Source: Priestia filamentosa
Lineage (GTDB): Bacteria; Bacillota; Bacilli; Bacillales; Bacillaceae_H
Assembly: GCF_900177535.1 (NCBI RefSeq)
Contig: NZ_FXAJ01000001.1
Location: 1,006,214-1,030,213 of the forward strand
Direction of reading: 5' to 3'
Length of the DNA stretch: 24,000 bases
The position numbers were made by a program, and so were the translations under genes. The notes below the pieces were generated by a model. That model had not been told where the DNA came from, searched no databases, and saw nothing but the letters and a program-made list of their open reading frames with translations. Below are positions 1 through 8,757 of the stretch, one piece after another (position 1 is the first letter of the stretch; the number at the start of each line of letters is the position of its first letter).

Positions 1-369
1 GATTTTGGACAACTGCTTACAGAGCTGAATGATAACGGAGCTACAGCGCAATATCGAAAAGCGCTTGATGATTATAAAACAGCATTAGGTCTTGGGGTGA
101 AAAGTGAGAACCTTCTTATTAACACCGCTCTTGCTAGCAACAAAGTGGGAGATAAAAAGGCAGCTGAAGCGTACTTTAAAACAGCGCGCGAGGACTATCC
201 AAACAGCAGCAATACACTGTTTGTATATGCTAAATTCAAGCTTGGTGAAAAGCAATATAAAGAAGCTGAAACTTACTTCAACCAAGTAATTGAAATGAAT
301 GATAACGAAGAATATGTTCAGTCTTCAAAAGATGCTGTTCAAAAAATGAAAGAAGGTAATTTACTTTAA
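1..369 (+). CDS. TPR-repeat protein, C-terminal part (5' end lies outside the window)
   Basis: Frame 1 is open from base 1 into the listed 97..369 ORF, with stop TAA at 367-369. The translation has TPR-like spacing ([31 protein letters not shown]). It ends 17 nt before the next gene. Confidence 0.6.
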   Translation, partial: DFGQLLTELNDNGATAQYRKALDDYKTALGLGVKSENLLINTALASNKVGDKKAAEAYFKTAREDYPNSSNTLFVYAKFKLGEKQYKEAETYFNQVIEMNDNEEYVQSSKDAVQKMKEGNLL

Positions 370-386
370 TTGGGAGGGAAAACAAC

Positions 387-3158
387 ATGGAAGAACAACA
401 AAATGAGAAAATGTCACCAAAAGCAAGATGGATTATTGGAGGCATTGTTACCATCTGTCTTGCTGTTCTGATCGTAGTGGCAATCCAGCTTAATAAAAAG
501 CAGGAGCCAGAAGTAGCGACAGAAGCAACGCAAGATAAAAAAGAAAAAACAGCTGATGAACAGATTGGAAGCGACCTTGAGAAAGCCTTAAGTGAATTAA
601 AGAAAGATAAAAGCAGTGAGGATAAGAAAACAGCCAGCAAAGATAAAACAACGGCAACAAAATCAAGCGACCCGTTTGCTTATCTTTTTAACCCATCAAA
701 ATCAGATGATCCTTTAACATTTCTAAGCATTGATCCAACAGACCTTCCGGATGTTCCAGAGCCTGTTGTGAGTAAGACAGAGGATGTAGCAGGGGTGCAG
801 GATGACAAAACGCCGAATGGTCCTGTTGCTGTGCTACCAACGGATTTAAATCAGACCCCATTACCGGATGTTGATGATCCAAAGCTTTCGGGAGGGCGTT
901 TAGATTTAGGGGAAGATAAGGACGATGATGATACTGTTTCTAGTGGTTCACCTTTAGATGGTATTAATGGTGATCCGACAACGCCGGATGATAAGCCGAC
1001 AGATCCAGACGATAAGCCGACAGATCCAGATGATAAGCCGACAGATCCAGATGATAAGCCGACAGATCCAGATGATAAGCCGACAGATCCAGATGATAAG
1101 CCGACAGATCCAGATGATAAGCCGACAGATCCAGATGATAAGCCGACAGATCCAGATGATAAGCCGACAGATCCAGATGATAAGCCGACAGATCCGGATG
1201 ATAAGCCAACAGATCCGGATGATAAGCCGACAGATCCAGATGATAAGCCGACAGACCCGGATGATAAGCCGACAGACCCGGATGATAAGCCGACAGACCC
1301 GGATGATAAGCCCCTTGAGAATGTTTCTATTGCTCTTCAAGAAGAAACATATGACCGTTTAATATCTTATAAAGAACAACAGCAAATATATAATGCCCTT
1401 TATTATGGGAATAAAGAGAACTTAAAAGATCAAAAAATTGTTACCTTATTGGACGAGATGCTTAAAAATTACAATAATGCAAGTGATACGGATATTACGG
1501 CTCGTCAGCTTATTCAATCTTTAAACCAATCTCAGCTTAATGATGAGCAAGCTAGAGTATACAATGCACAGCTTGCAAAGCTTAAGGAAGAAATTGAAAA
1601 AGTTACGCGTGAAGAATATGTTGATGTTTATGTTATTAACGAAGGAAGCTCCAAAGATCAGCTTTATTACGCTGGTACATTTAAAGACCTTTTAAATGGA
1701 AACAAGGATGAACTGGAGAAAGCGAAAAACAGCGAGATGGCTTTAGCAGATCAAAAAGCAAATGAAGCTGCTGAGAATTTAAAAAATAATAAGCTAGATG
1801 AGCTGCAACGTAAAGCTAATCAAAAAGCCCTTATTGAAGCAATTAATAGCTATCAACTTATTGCAAATTATTCAACCGAGGCTGATAACGAAGCAGAAGC
1901 TAAACGAAACGAAGCACTCCGCATCCTTAGCGAATCAGTGGAAGTTTCAGATGAGCCTGAAATAGAAAATAATGATACAACTAAAGTAGAAACAGATGAT
2001 GATAATAAGACTGAACCAAAAGTTGATGATCAAAAAGAACTTAAAAAGTCTCTTGATCAGTTGATGGAAGACGGGGAATATATCCAAGTTCTTCAACAAG
2101 CTTCAGCATATGTAGAACAGTATCCAGAATTGGAAGATACTATCAAGGAAGCAAGTGAGAAGCTTCTTGAACAATCTATTAAAGATATGAAGAGCAATAA
2201 TGCTTATAAATATGAGGATACGAAGAAATATCTCTCCCAAAGCTATGCTGCTTTAACTGGACTATCAACAGTACCAAGTGAAGTTAGTGAAAAAGCACAA
2301 GATGAGTTTTACGGCTATCGCTTAGTTATGCAAGCTGAAAAACTAATTGACGAAGATCCAACACAAGCCGTTATTTTTGCTCATGAAGGCTATAAACGTC
2401 AGGAAACAAATGGAGCAAAAGATGTTCTACAAAAAGCGAACACAGCTTTAAGTGAAAAAGCGGTAGGCATGGAGCAAGAGCAAGCTGAACGTGCATACGA
2501 GATCTTAACAGTAACAGCCCAAGATGTAAATGAGGATATTGCGCAAACCGCTGTTGATCGTAAGACAGCTTATGGATATGCTGCAACTGGTAAAGATCTT
2601 CACGAAAAAGGTAATAATCAAGAAGCTATTGTCTACTTTAGTGAAGCAAACAGACTGTATCCAGAGAAAGACTTGACATCGACAATAATGAAGGAAACGG
2701 CTCAAGCATTGTTAGATGAAGTAGGTACAGAAGACGTTACCGAACAAATTAAGATCTACAATTTGTTAGTAAACGTAAAAGGTCTTGATGAAAGTATAAA
2801 AACTCAAGCAGAAAGTCGTAAGACAGTGATTGATATACTTGATCGAGTAAACACTTTAGAAAAACAAGAACAAAATGTAGAAGAACGCACACAACAAGTG
2901 TTTTATTACTTAGATGAAGCAGTTGGAGCAGCAGAAAACTCAGGCTGGTCTGATGAAGAAAAAGCAAAAGTTCAACAGCGTTATGATGCTCACATAAGCA
3001 GTATGCTAGAACAAGCTCAAACATGGAGTACAGGAAGTGAAGAAGAGCGAAAGAACGCAGCAGTTTATTATAAAGTTATTGCTGAAAAGGGCACGCACGT
3101 AGGAGAAGAAACAGTAGCAAATGCTAAAGAAGCGTTAACTGAGCTTGGATATAAGTAA
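387..3158 (+). CDS. Large N-terminally membrane-anchored protein (923 aa) with an acidic Pro-rich heptad repeat and a long charged helical/TPR-like C-terminal region; function unknown
   Basis: The 2.77-kb ORF has RBS GGGAGGG 8-9 nt upstream of the ATG. Positive residues (KMSPKAR) precede a single hydrophobic span ([21 protein letters not shown]). Downstream come the (PTDPDDK)n block and E/K/Q-rich sequence with TPR-like segments ([21 protein letters not shown]). A strong terminator follows. Confidence 0.85.
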   Translation: MEEQQNEKMSPKARWIIGGIVTICLAVLIVVAIQLNKKQEPEVATEATQDKKEKTADEQIGSDLEKALSELKKDKSSEDKKTASKDKTTATKSSDPFAYLFNPSKSDDPLTFLSIDPTDLPDVPEPVVSKTEDVAGVQDDKTPNGPVAVLPTDLNQTPLPDVDDPKLSGGRLDLGEDKDDDDTVSSGSPLDGINGDPTTPDDKPTDPDDKPTDPDDKPTDPDDKPTDPDDKPTDPDDKPTDPDDKPTDPDDKPTDPDDKPTDPDDKPTDPDDKPTDPDDKPTDPDDKPTDPDDKPTDPDDKPTDPDDKPLENVSIALQEETYDRLISYKEQQQIYNALYYGNKENLKDQKIVTLLDEMLKNYNNASDTDITARQLIQSLNQSQLNDEQARVYNAQLAKLKEEIEKVTREEYVDVYVINEGSSKDQLYYAGTFKDLLNGNKDELEKAKNSEMALADQKANEAAENLKNNKLDELQRKANQKALIEAINSYQLIANYSTEADNEAEAKRNEALRILSESVEVSDEPEIENNDTTKVETDDDNKTEPKVDDQKELKKSLDQLMEDGEYIQVLQQASAYVEQYPELEDTIKEASEKLLEQSIKDMKSNNAYKYEDTKKYLSQSYAALTGLSTVPSEVSEKAQDEFYGYRLVMQAEKLIDEDPTQAVIFAHEGYKRQETNGAKDVLQKANTALSEKAVGMEQEQAERAYEILTVTAQDVNEDIAQTAVDRKTAYGYAATGKDLHEKGNNQEAIVYFSEANRLYPEKDLTSTIMKETAQALLDEVGTEDVTEQIKIYNLLVNVKGLDESIKTQAESRKTVIDILDRVNTLEKQEQNVEERTQQVFYYLDEAVGAAENSGWSDEEKAKVQQRYDAHISSMLEQAQTWSTGSEEERKNAAVYYKVIAEKGTHVGEETVANAKEALTELGYK
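975..1310 (+). repeat. In-frame tandem repeat: 16 units of 21 bp, encoding PTTPDDK then 15 x PTDPDDK
   Basis: Counted directly. Units 3-10 and 13 are identical (ccgacagatccagatgataag). The other PTDPDDK units differ only at synonymous positions (gat/gac, cca/ccg, ccg/cca). Unit 1 has one codon change, acg (Thr) for gat (Asp). Confidence 0.97.
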
Positions 3159-3166
3159 TAAAGGAG

Positions 3167-3192
3167 AGGCCGGAGAAATCCGGCCTTTATTC
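3167..3192 (+). terminator. Rho-independent terminator of the TPR/large-protein operon
   Basis: Stem GGCCGGA (3168-3174) pairs with TCCGGCC (3179-3185) around a GAAA loop, followed by TTTATT. It starts 9 nt after the stop codon. Confidence 0.8.
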
Positions 3193-3306
3193 TATAAAAA
3201 AGTTATAGGTTAACAGTAAAATAGAATGTGAGGGACATGATGATAGAGTACGAAAAATATTTAGAAAGAGTAAAGGAATATAAACATAAAGGAGGATGTG
3301 AGAGCG

Positions 3307-4332
3307 ATGACTGGAAGAAGAATGATAGATCGATGGGAAGGCGACAATAAGTCATTTTTAACAGTAAATATACAAAAACGAGTTTTGCCTACGCTTTACG
3401 GGGGTATCATTGGCGATATGTTAGGAGTTCCTGTTGAATTCAAAAAGAGAGGCACTTTTCATATTGATGATGTAACAGGATATGGTACATACAATCAGCC
3501 ACCTGGCACATGGTCAGACGATACATCGATGACTTTATGTTTGGTTGAAAACTTAATTGAACAAGGGAATCTAACAGACTTGATGAAGAAGTTTGTGCAA
3601 TATGAAGAACAAGGCTACCTTGCCCCTCATGGGAAAATGTTTGACATCGGAATCGCGACCGTAAAGGCCATTAGACGTTTTAAAGGTGGAACCCCAGCAG
3701 AACATTGTGGGGGAACATCAGAATACGATAATGGAAATGGAGCAATCATGAGAATTGCTCCATTGTCTCTTCTCTTAGATAATGAGTTTAACTTTGTGAA
3801 AAAAGCTGAATTTATAAAACAATATACGGAAATAACGCATGGTCATCCTAGGGCTATAGTAGGTTCTATCATTTATATAGAGTTATTGTTAAGACTATAT
3901 TTAAATAATCCGCTAGAACAGGGTATAAAAGATATACAGTTGCTCTTTAAAGAAAACTTTGATGAAAATCATATCTATCTAAAAGAGCTTAAAAACTATG
4001 AAAGAATTTTTCAGGAGAACTTCTTAGAAATTCCTAAAGAAGAAATCCGCTCAAGTGGCTACGTTGTTCATACACTAGAGGCTGCAATCTGGTGTCTAGG
4101 AACAACGTCTTCCTTCAAAGAAGCAGTTTTAAAAGCTGTAAATTTAGGAGAGGATACAGATACAGTCGCCTCTATTACAGGATCGTTAGCAGGAATGTAT
4201 TACAAAATGGAGGGTATGCCAGAAGAATGGCTAGAGAAAATAGCACGAAAAGATAAAGTGGATGAACTTATTAAAGGCTTCTGTAATTTTAGAGTGGATA
4301 AAGCAGTTATGGAAGAGTATGATGGATGGTAA
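3307..4332 (+). CDS. ADP-ribosylglycohydrolase family protein (DraG/ARH-like)
   Basis: Family-typical motifs are present: GGIIGDMLGVPVEF, GTWSDDTSMTL, GNGAIMRIAPL, HGHPRA and GEDTDTVASITGSLAG. RBS AAGGAGG (3290-3296) favours ATG 3307 over the listed GTG 3298. The gene has its own terminator. Confidence 0.85.
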   Translation: MTGRRMIDRWEGDNKSFLTVNIQKRVLPTLYGGIIGDMLGVPVEFKKRGTFHIDDVTGYGTYNQPPGTWSDDTSMTLCLVENLIEQGNLTDLMKKFVQYEEQGYLAPHGKMFDIGIATVKAIRRFKGGTPAEHCGGTSEYDNGNGAIMRIAPLSLLLDNEFNFVKKAEFIKQYTEITHGHPRAIVGSIIYIELLLRLYLNNPLEQGIKDIQLLFKENFDENHIYLKELKNYERIFQENFLEIPKEEIRSSGYVVHTLEAAIWCLGTTSSFKEAVLKAVNLGEDTDTVASITGSLAGMYYKMEGMPEEWLEKIARKDKVDELIKGFCNFRVDKAVMEEYDGW

Positions 4333-4373
4333 ATGTAGCAATTAAAATACATTCTTACAATGTGTTCATTAAT

Positions 4374-4412
4374 AAAAACCTTAGTTAGTTTAGAACTAGC
4401 TAAGGTTTTTAT
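4374..4412 (+). terminator. Rho-independent terminator after the ADP-ribosylglycohydrolase gene
   Basis: A 13-bp stem pairs AACCTTAGTTAGT (4377-4389) with ACTAGCTAAGGTT (4395-4407), including one G-U pair. The loop is TTAGA and a T5 run follows. Confidence 0.85.
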
Positions 4413-4559
4413 TATATTTAGGTGAAAAAAACTATTATGAACACTATATTAACTAGAAGAAAAGCAGGAAGGAACGCCAAAAGAAGCGAAAATATTTAAA
4501 TGATTAAAAGAAGAGAGAGTGTACTATCTTTTTAAAATAGGGTTTAAGGAGAGTTTATC

Positions 4560-5234
4560 ATGAAGAAACTAGGCTGTTTTCATGCTCACCATTCTAATAT
4601 CGAATATATTGAAAAAGCACTAGGAAACTATAGTATCAAGCTTATCCATTTTGTAGATCCTGGCTTTGATGGTCGTAAGGGAGAGAGTGATTTTACAAGT
4701 GAGCTAGTCCACAAAAGGATTAAAGATATGCTGAATTGGATAGCAGGTTCAGGTGTTGACGGAATCTTGGTTACATGTACGTTTTTCACTACTCATTTTC
4801 AAGGGGAGGAATTAGAATGTCCTGTTCCCATAATAAACATTGATACTCCTTTATTTCATGATATTTGTGAAAGAGAAGGTTTGCAAACATTGATATTTAC
4901 TAATCCTGATACAGTTGAAGGCACGATGAATCAACTAGTTGAATTTGCTCGCAGAGGTAAGAAGAAAATTAAAGTTATACCACATCTTGTAGATAATGCT
5001 TTTAACCTTATTATGACGGGAGAACAAGAGAATTATAGAGCTCTAGTAGAAGAGAAATTAGAAGATTATATAGAAGAGCATATTGACAAGACACTTTCGG
5101 TTGCTCAACTTTCTATGGCCTCATCAGCTGAAAATGTGGAAGGAAAAACAGGTGTTTTCGTTGGAAGTCCCGTGAAGTCGCTCGGGAGGTATGTAGAAAA
5201 AGCTCTAAATTATAAATGTGATATATTACCATAG
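4560..5234 (+). CDS. Hypothetical protein (224 aa); possibly an Asp/Glu/hydantoin-racemase-like fold (tentative)
   Basis: The ORF has a good RBS (AAGGAGAG, 7-nt spacer). No motif was recognised with certainty. The Cys-containing segment DGILVTCTFF and LSVAQLSMASS recall racemase-superfamily strands. It has the same orientation as the sigma-54 activator gene and lies just upstream of it. Confidence 0.55.
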   Translation: MKKLGCFHAHHSNIEYIEKALGNYSIKLIHFVDPGFDGRKGESDFTSELVHKRIKDMLNWIAGSGVDGILVTCTFFTTHFQGEELECPVPIINIDTPLFHDICEREGLQTLIFTNPDTVEGTMNQLVEFARRGKKKIKVIPHLVDNAFNLIMTGEQENYRALVEEKLEDYIEEHIDKTLSVAQLSMASSAENVEGKTGVFVGSPVKSLGRYVEKALNYKCDILP

Positions 5235-5441
5235 ATTATACTTTTAAGTTTTAGAAGTCTGAGATTAAGAAGACTTAAAAGCACAAGGTTTGAAGATGCT
5301 GACTTTCATTGTTACATAGTTTTATGGGATCTCCCCCACTACAATAAGTAAAATATTATGCATTTTAGTGAAGGAAATGACGTATTAGCTACTTCCTTAA
5401 TATATAAACACCCCTAATAAGCAAAAAATTGAGGTGGGATA

Positions 5442-8228
5442 ATGGGGCTAAAGGATGAATTGCTTTCATTTTTAGATACAGAGACGTATAGCTTGAATTT
5501 TGAGAATCCTAGTAACCGGTTGACGGCAAAAATTATAGCAGAGATGTTTTGTGTGAAACGAAATACGGTGAGTCATTACTTAAACCAATTAGTTAATGAA
5601 GAAAAAGTTATTAAAGTTAATACAAGACCTGTTTACTTTATAAGTCAGTCAATATTTGAACAACAATTTTTCCCCCTTCCATATTATACTTTCAATAGTT
5701 TTCAAGAAATATTAGAATATAGTAAAGAGATAAAAGGGAAAGGGGATATTTTTGAACGTTTAATTGGATCAAAGGGCAGTTTGAAAAAGGCAATTGAGCA
5801 AATTAAATCGTCTATTTATTATCCAAGTAATGGATTACCTATTATTTTATGCGGACCAACTGGTGTTGGAAAAAGCTATACAGCAGAACTTATGTATCAT
5901 TACAGTATAGAAAAGCAGGTTATCCCTGACGATGCACCTTTTATCAGTTTTAATTGCGCACAATATGCCAATAACCCCGAATTAATGTCGAGCAATTTGT
6001 TTGGCTACGTAAAAGGAGCATTTACAGGAGCGGATAAGACGAAAGAAGGGATGCTCAAAGCTGCAGATGGGGGCATTTTGTTTTTAGACGAAGTCCATCG
6101 ATTAAATGCTGAAGGCCAAGAAAAACTATTTACTTTTCTTGATCAGGGAACTTATCGTCGGATGGGAGAGAGTGAAGGTCAGCACAAAGCAAATGTTCGG
6201 ATTATATTTGCTACAAATATGGACCTTGAAGGAAACTTCCTCCAAACATTCTTGAGAAGAATTCCAGTTCGCGTAGTAATCCCGGGGCTTGATGAACGAG
6301 GAGATAAGGAGAAAGAACAATTTATTTATTTGTTTTTAATTCAAGAAGCAAGAAAGCTAGGTAAACCAATTAAGATTACGAATAAGGCCCTTAATACATT
6401 GTCTAAATATTATTATATTGGAAATATTGGTGATTTGAAAAATACAATTAAATATATCTCGGCTTCTTCCTTTGCGAAGAAGCCAAATACGCAAGAAGTG
6501 TATATTACTTTGCGCGATTTACCTGACCAAGTTATTAAATATGCCCTTGAATATAAGGGAAATAAATACGAGAAAGATGGAGTTGTCACTATTCATCCTC
6601 ATACAACCTTGGAGCAGCTTTATGAGACAAACACGACCCAACTACAGTATATAAAACAATCATATGAAAAAATTATTGAGCTTTTTAAATATAGTCAAAT
6701 AGGAAACCGGAACCTTGACCAAACAACCTTTAATCAAAATATTATTAATGAAATTCATATGCTCTTTGATAAATTAATTTTTAATCATTCCAAGGAGAGA
6801 GCTGGAATGCTATTAGAGTTAACAACAGTAAGTGTTCAAGAGATTATTCAACATTTAGAGAGTGATTACAATGTTAAATTTACAGGAAACAGTATTTATG
6901 TAATTGCTTACTTTTTTTATTTTAAAGAAAACAAAGAGATTATATGGTCTGAAAAACAAAACAATATTATTAATAAGTTAGATCAATACGTGAAAACATT
7001 TTTTAAAACAGAATTTCAATTAGTACAACGCTTTTTACATCTGTTAGAAAAAGAATTAGATGTAACAACCTTTAAAATGGATGAAATATTTTTAACTTTT
7101 TATGTGAAAAGTTTGGAGATAGAACAGACAAATCAGCAAATTAAGTCCATCATCTTAGCACATGGTTATGCAACAGCAAGCAGTATTGCAAATGTTGCAA
7201 ACCGTTTACTGAGAAAAAATGTTTTTGAGGCTTTCGATATGCCGATTGATATTTCAGTAGAAGATATTGTAGCTAAAGTGTTGAATTATATTGAACATCA
7301 TGATGTATCAAAAGGTCTTGTTATTTTAGTTGATATGGGGTCTTTAAAAGATATTTATTCTCAGTTTAAAAAGCATATGAATGCACCTGTGGCTATCATT
7401 AATAATGTTTCTACCCAAATGGCCTTATTTCTCGGAAATATGTTGGAGGAAGGTGTCTATTTAGAGGAAATAATTGAGAGGTTACGTGCAGAGAATGAAA
7501 CAGAGTACAGTATTATTTACCCTCAAAAAGAGAAAGAAAAAATTATTATCGCTTCATGCTTAACAGGGATGGGGACAGCTTACCAAATTCAAAAATTACT
7601 TGAATCAAGTATTCCAGAAAATTTAAATATCAAAGTAATTGCTTATGATTATAACCGGTTAAAAGAATCAGGAGTATCAGAAACTATTTTTCAAATATAT
7701 GACGTATTAGCAATAGTAGGGACTGCAGATCCTAGATTAGAAGGAGTTCATTATCTTTCCCTTGAGGATATTATTTCTGGACAAGGAGAGGAAATGATGT
7801 GTGAGATTTTTCAACAGGTAGCTGATGAGGAATATCTTAAAGAAATCAATGATAGTTTAATTCGCCACTTCTCACTTGAACGTGTTATTGATTCCATCAC
7901 TATATTAGATTCTGAGAAAATTCTTATTCAAGCAGAGAACTTTATTAATCTCCTAGAAATACGATTAAACAAACGAATTTCTAACGATAAAAAAGTTGCT
8001 TTATACGTGCATATAAGTTGTTTAGTTGAAAGGTTAATCCGTCAGATTCCAATTGAAACATATCCATATATGGATGAGTTTATACAGTGTCAAAAAGAAA
8101 CGATTAATCATATTCAAGAATCATTTAGTGTCATAGAAGATATTTATAATGTCAAAATTAATATAGCTGAGGTTGGCTATATTTTTGATTACTTGCGTGC
8201 AGAATCCAGCTATAACACAGATTTTTAA
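5442..8228 (+). CDS. Sigma-54-dependent, PTS-controlled transcriptional activator (LevR type)
   Basis: AAA+ sigma-54 interaction module: Walker A GPTGVGKS, the diagnostic GAFTGA loop (nt 6015-6032) and Walker B ILFLDEVH. An N-terminal HTH-like region is present. Also present are an EIIA-Man-like segment (IILAHGYATASSIANVANRLL), an EIIB-Gat-like segment (IIIASCLTGMGTAYQ) and a C-terminal PRD (ALYVHISCLVERL). Confidence 0.9.
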   Translation: MGLKDELLSFLDTETYSLNFENPSNRLTAKIIAEMFCVKRNTVSHYLNQLVNEEKVIKVNTRPVYFISQSIFEQQFFPLPYYTFNSFQEILEYSKEIKGKGDIFERLIGSKGSLKKAIEQIKSSIYYPSNGLPIILCGPTGVGKSYTAELMYHYSIEKQVIPDDAPFISFNCAQYANNPELMSSNLFGYVKGAFTGADKTKEGMLKAADGGILFLDEVHRLNAEGQEKLFTFLDQGTYRRMGESEGQHKANVRIIFATNMDLEGNFLQTFLRRIPVRVVIPGLDERGDKEKEQFIYLFLIQEARKLGKPIKITNKALNTLSKYYYIGNIGDLKNTIKYISASSFAKKPNTQEVYITLRDLPDQVIKYALEYKGNKYEKDGVVTIHPHTTLEQLYETNTTQLQYIKQSYEKIIELFKYSQIGNRNLDQTTFNQNIINEIHMLFDKLIFNHSKERAGMLLELTTVSVQEIIQHLESDYNVKFTGNSIYVIAYFFYFKENKEIIWSEKQNNIINKLDQYVKTFFKTEFQLVQRFLHLLEKELDVTTFKMDEIFLTFYVKSLEIEQTNQQIKSIILAHGYATASSIANVANRLLRKNVFEAFDMPIDISVEDIVAKVLNYIEHHDVSKGLVILVDMGSLKDIYSQFKKHMNAPVAIINNVSTQMALFLGNMLEEGVYLEEIIERLRAENETEYSIIYPQKEKEKIIIASCLTGMGTAYQIQKLLESSIPENLNIKVIAYDYNRLKESGVSETIFQIYDVLAIVGTADPRLEGVHYLSLEDIISGQGEEMMCEIFQQVADEEYLKEINDSLIRHFSLERVIDSITILDSEKILIQAENFINLLEIRLNKRISNDKKVALYVHISCLVERLIRQIPIETYPYMDEFIQCQKETINHIQESFSVIEDIYNVKINIAEVGYIFDYLRAESSYNTDF

Positions 8229-8249
8229 CTAATTATATTAGGATATAAA

Positions 8250-8278
8250 GGGCGTGCCACTAAGTTGGCACGCTTTTT
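8250..8278 (+). terminator. Intrinsic-terminator-like hairpin downstream of the activator gene, overlapping the sigma-54 promoter
   Basis: GCGTGCCA (8252-8259) pairs perfectly with TGGCACGC (8266-8273): 8 bp, 6 of them GC. The loop is CTAAGT and T5 follows (8274-8278). Confidence 0.55.
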
Positions 8279-8281
8279 GCA
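8266..8281 (+). promoter_or_regulatory. Sigma-54 (SigL) -24/-12 promoter of the PTS operon
   Basis: TGGCAC (8266-8271), N5 (gcttt), then TTGCA (8277-8281) is an exact match to the TGGCAC-N5-TTGCA consensus. It lies 39 nt upstream of the EIIA start and directly downstream of a GAFTGA activator gene. Confidence 0.85.
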
Positions 8282-8319
8282 TTATAAATTATTAAAGAGA
8301 TAAGAAAGGCGGTGAAAAA

Positions 8320-8739
8320 ATGAGATACTTTTTATTTGCCTCACATGGTCGATTTGCAGAAGGAATACTTCATTCAGTTGAAATGATAACAGGGAAGCAC
8401 GATAATATTTGGACGTTGTGTGCTTATATTGATGAGCATAGCGATATAAAATCACAAATTCAAGAATTTCTAAGTAAAGTTGCTGATAATGATGAATTGG
8501 TTGTTATTACTGATATTTTTGGAGGAAGTGTTAATAACGAGTTTATGAGCCAATTAGATGATAAGCGGATTCACTTAGTAACAGGGCTCAACATTCCGCT
8601 TGTTATTGAACTTATTACAATGAACAACATAGAAGTGAATACTGAAAAATTAATTAAGACAGCCTTATATAATTCAAAGAGAACTATAAAATACTGCAAT
8701 TTAGAGTTAGAAATTTCCCAACTAGATGAAGAATTTTAA
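8320..8739 (+). CDS. PTS mannose/fructose/sorbose-family EIIA component
   Basis: 139 aa. The N-terminal MRYFLFASHGRFAEGI contains the phosphorylatable His in the family-typical position. It is the first gene after the sigma-54 promoter. Confidence 0.85.
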   Translation: MRYFLFASHGRFAEGILHSVEMITGKHDNIWTLCAYIDEHSDIKSQIQEFLSKVADNDELVVITDIFGGSVNNEFMSQLDDKRIHLVTGLNIPLVIELITMNNIEVNTEKLIKTALYNSKRTIKYCNLELEISQLDEEF

Positions 8740-8757
8740 TAGGGAGGAAGACATTTT

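Noticed and set aside
85-640. ORFs 85..285 (minus), 104..289 (plus) and 278..640 (minus).
   Set aside because: They overlap the better-supported TPR frame and the start of the 923-aa gene. They have no RBS, and their low-complexity hydrophobic composition is typical of shadow frames in AT-rich DNA.
975-1310. Possibility that the short repeat array is a CRISPR array.
   Set aside because: The units are directly contiguous with no spacers. At 21 bp they are short for a CRISPR repeat, they lie in frame inside a long ORF, and no cas genes are present.
954-1362. Three additional long ORFs (954..1340 minus, 958..1362 plus, 964..1209 minus) with monotonous repeats such as ISRQIQM, CRLIIWI and AYHLDLS.
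   Set aside because: They exist only because the 21-bp repeat is a multiple of 3 and contains no stop in these frames. The 387..3158 frame has the RBS, continuity and sensible flanking sequence.
2371-3024. Minus-strand ORFs 2371..2586, 2505..2705 and 2749..3024 inside the large gene. Similar cases are 6126..6320 (minus) and 6472..6654 (plus) inside the activator gene.
   Set aside because: These are antisense or alternate-frame shadows of strongly supported long ORFs, with no RBS or motifs.
3237-3350. A 37-codon ORF (MMIEYEKYLERVKEYKHKGGCESDDWKKNDRSMGRRQ) overlapping the ADP-ribosylglycohydrolase start in another frame; possible leader peptide.
   Set aside because: It has only a weak RBS-like GAGGGA and no recognisable motif, and the overlap is explained by chance in a 140-nt leader. 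It is not reportable without Ribo-seq or conservation evidence.
8062-8075. A perfect 14-bp palindrome, ATCCATATATGGAT, inside the 3' end of the activator gene, considered as the missing UAS.
   Set aside because: It is AT-rich and about 190 bp from the -24 box, and roughly one such palindrome is expected by chance in 24 kb of AT-rich DNA. It is kept only as a footprinting candidate, not reported as a feature.
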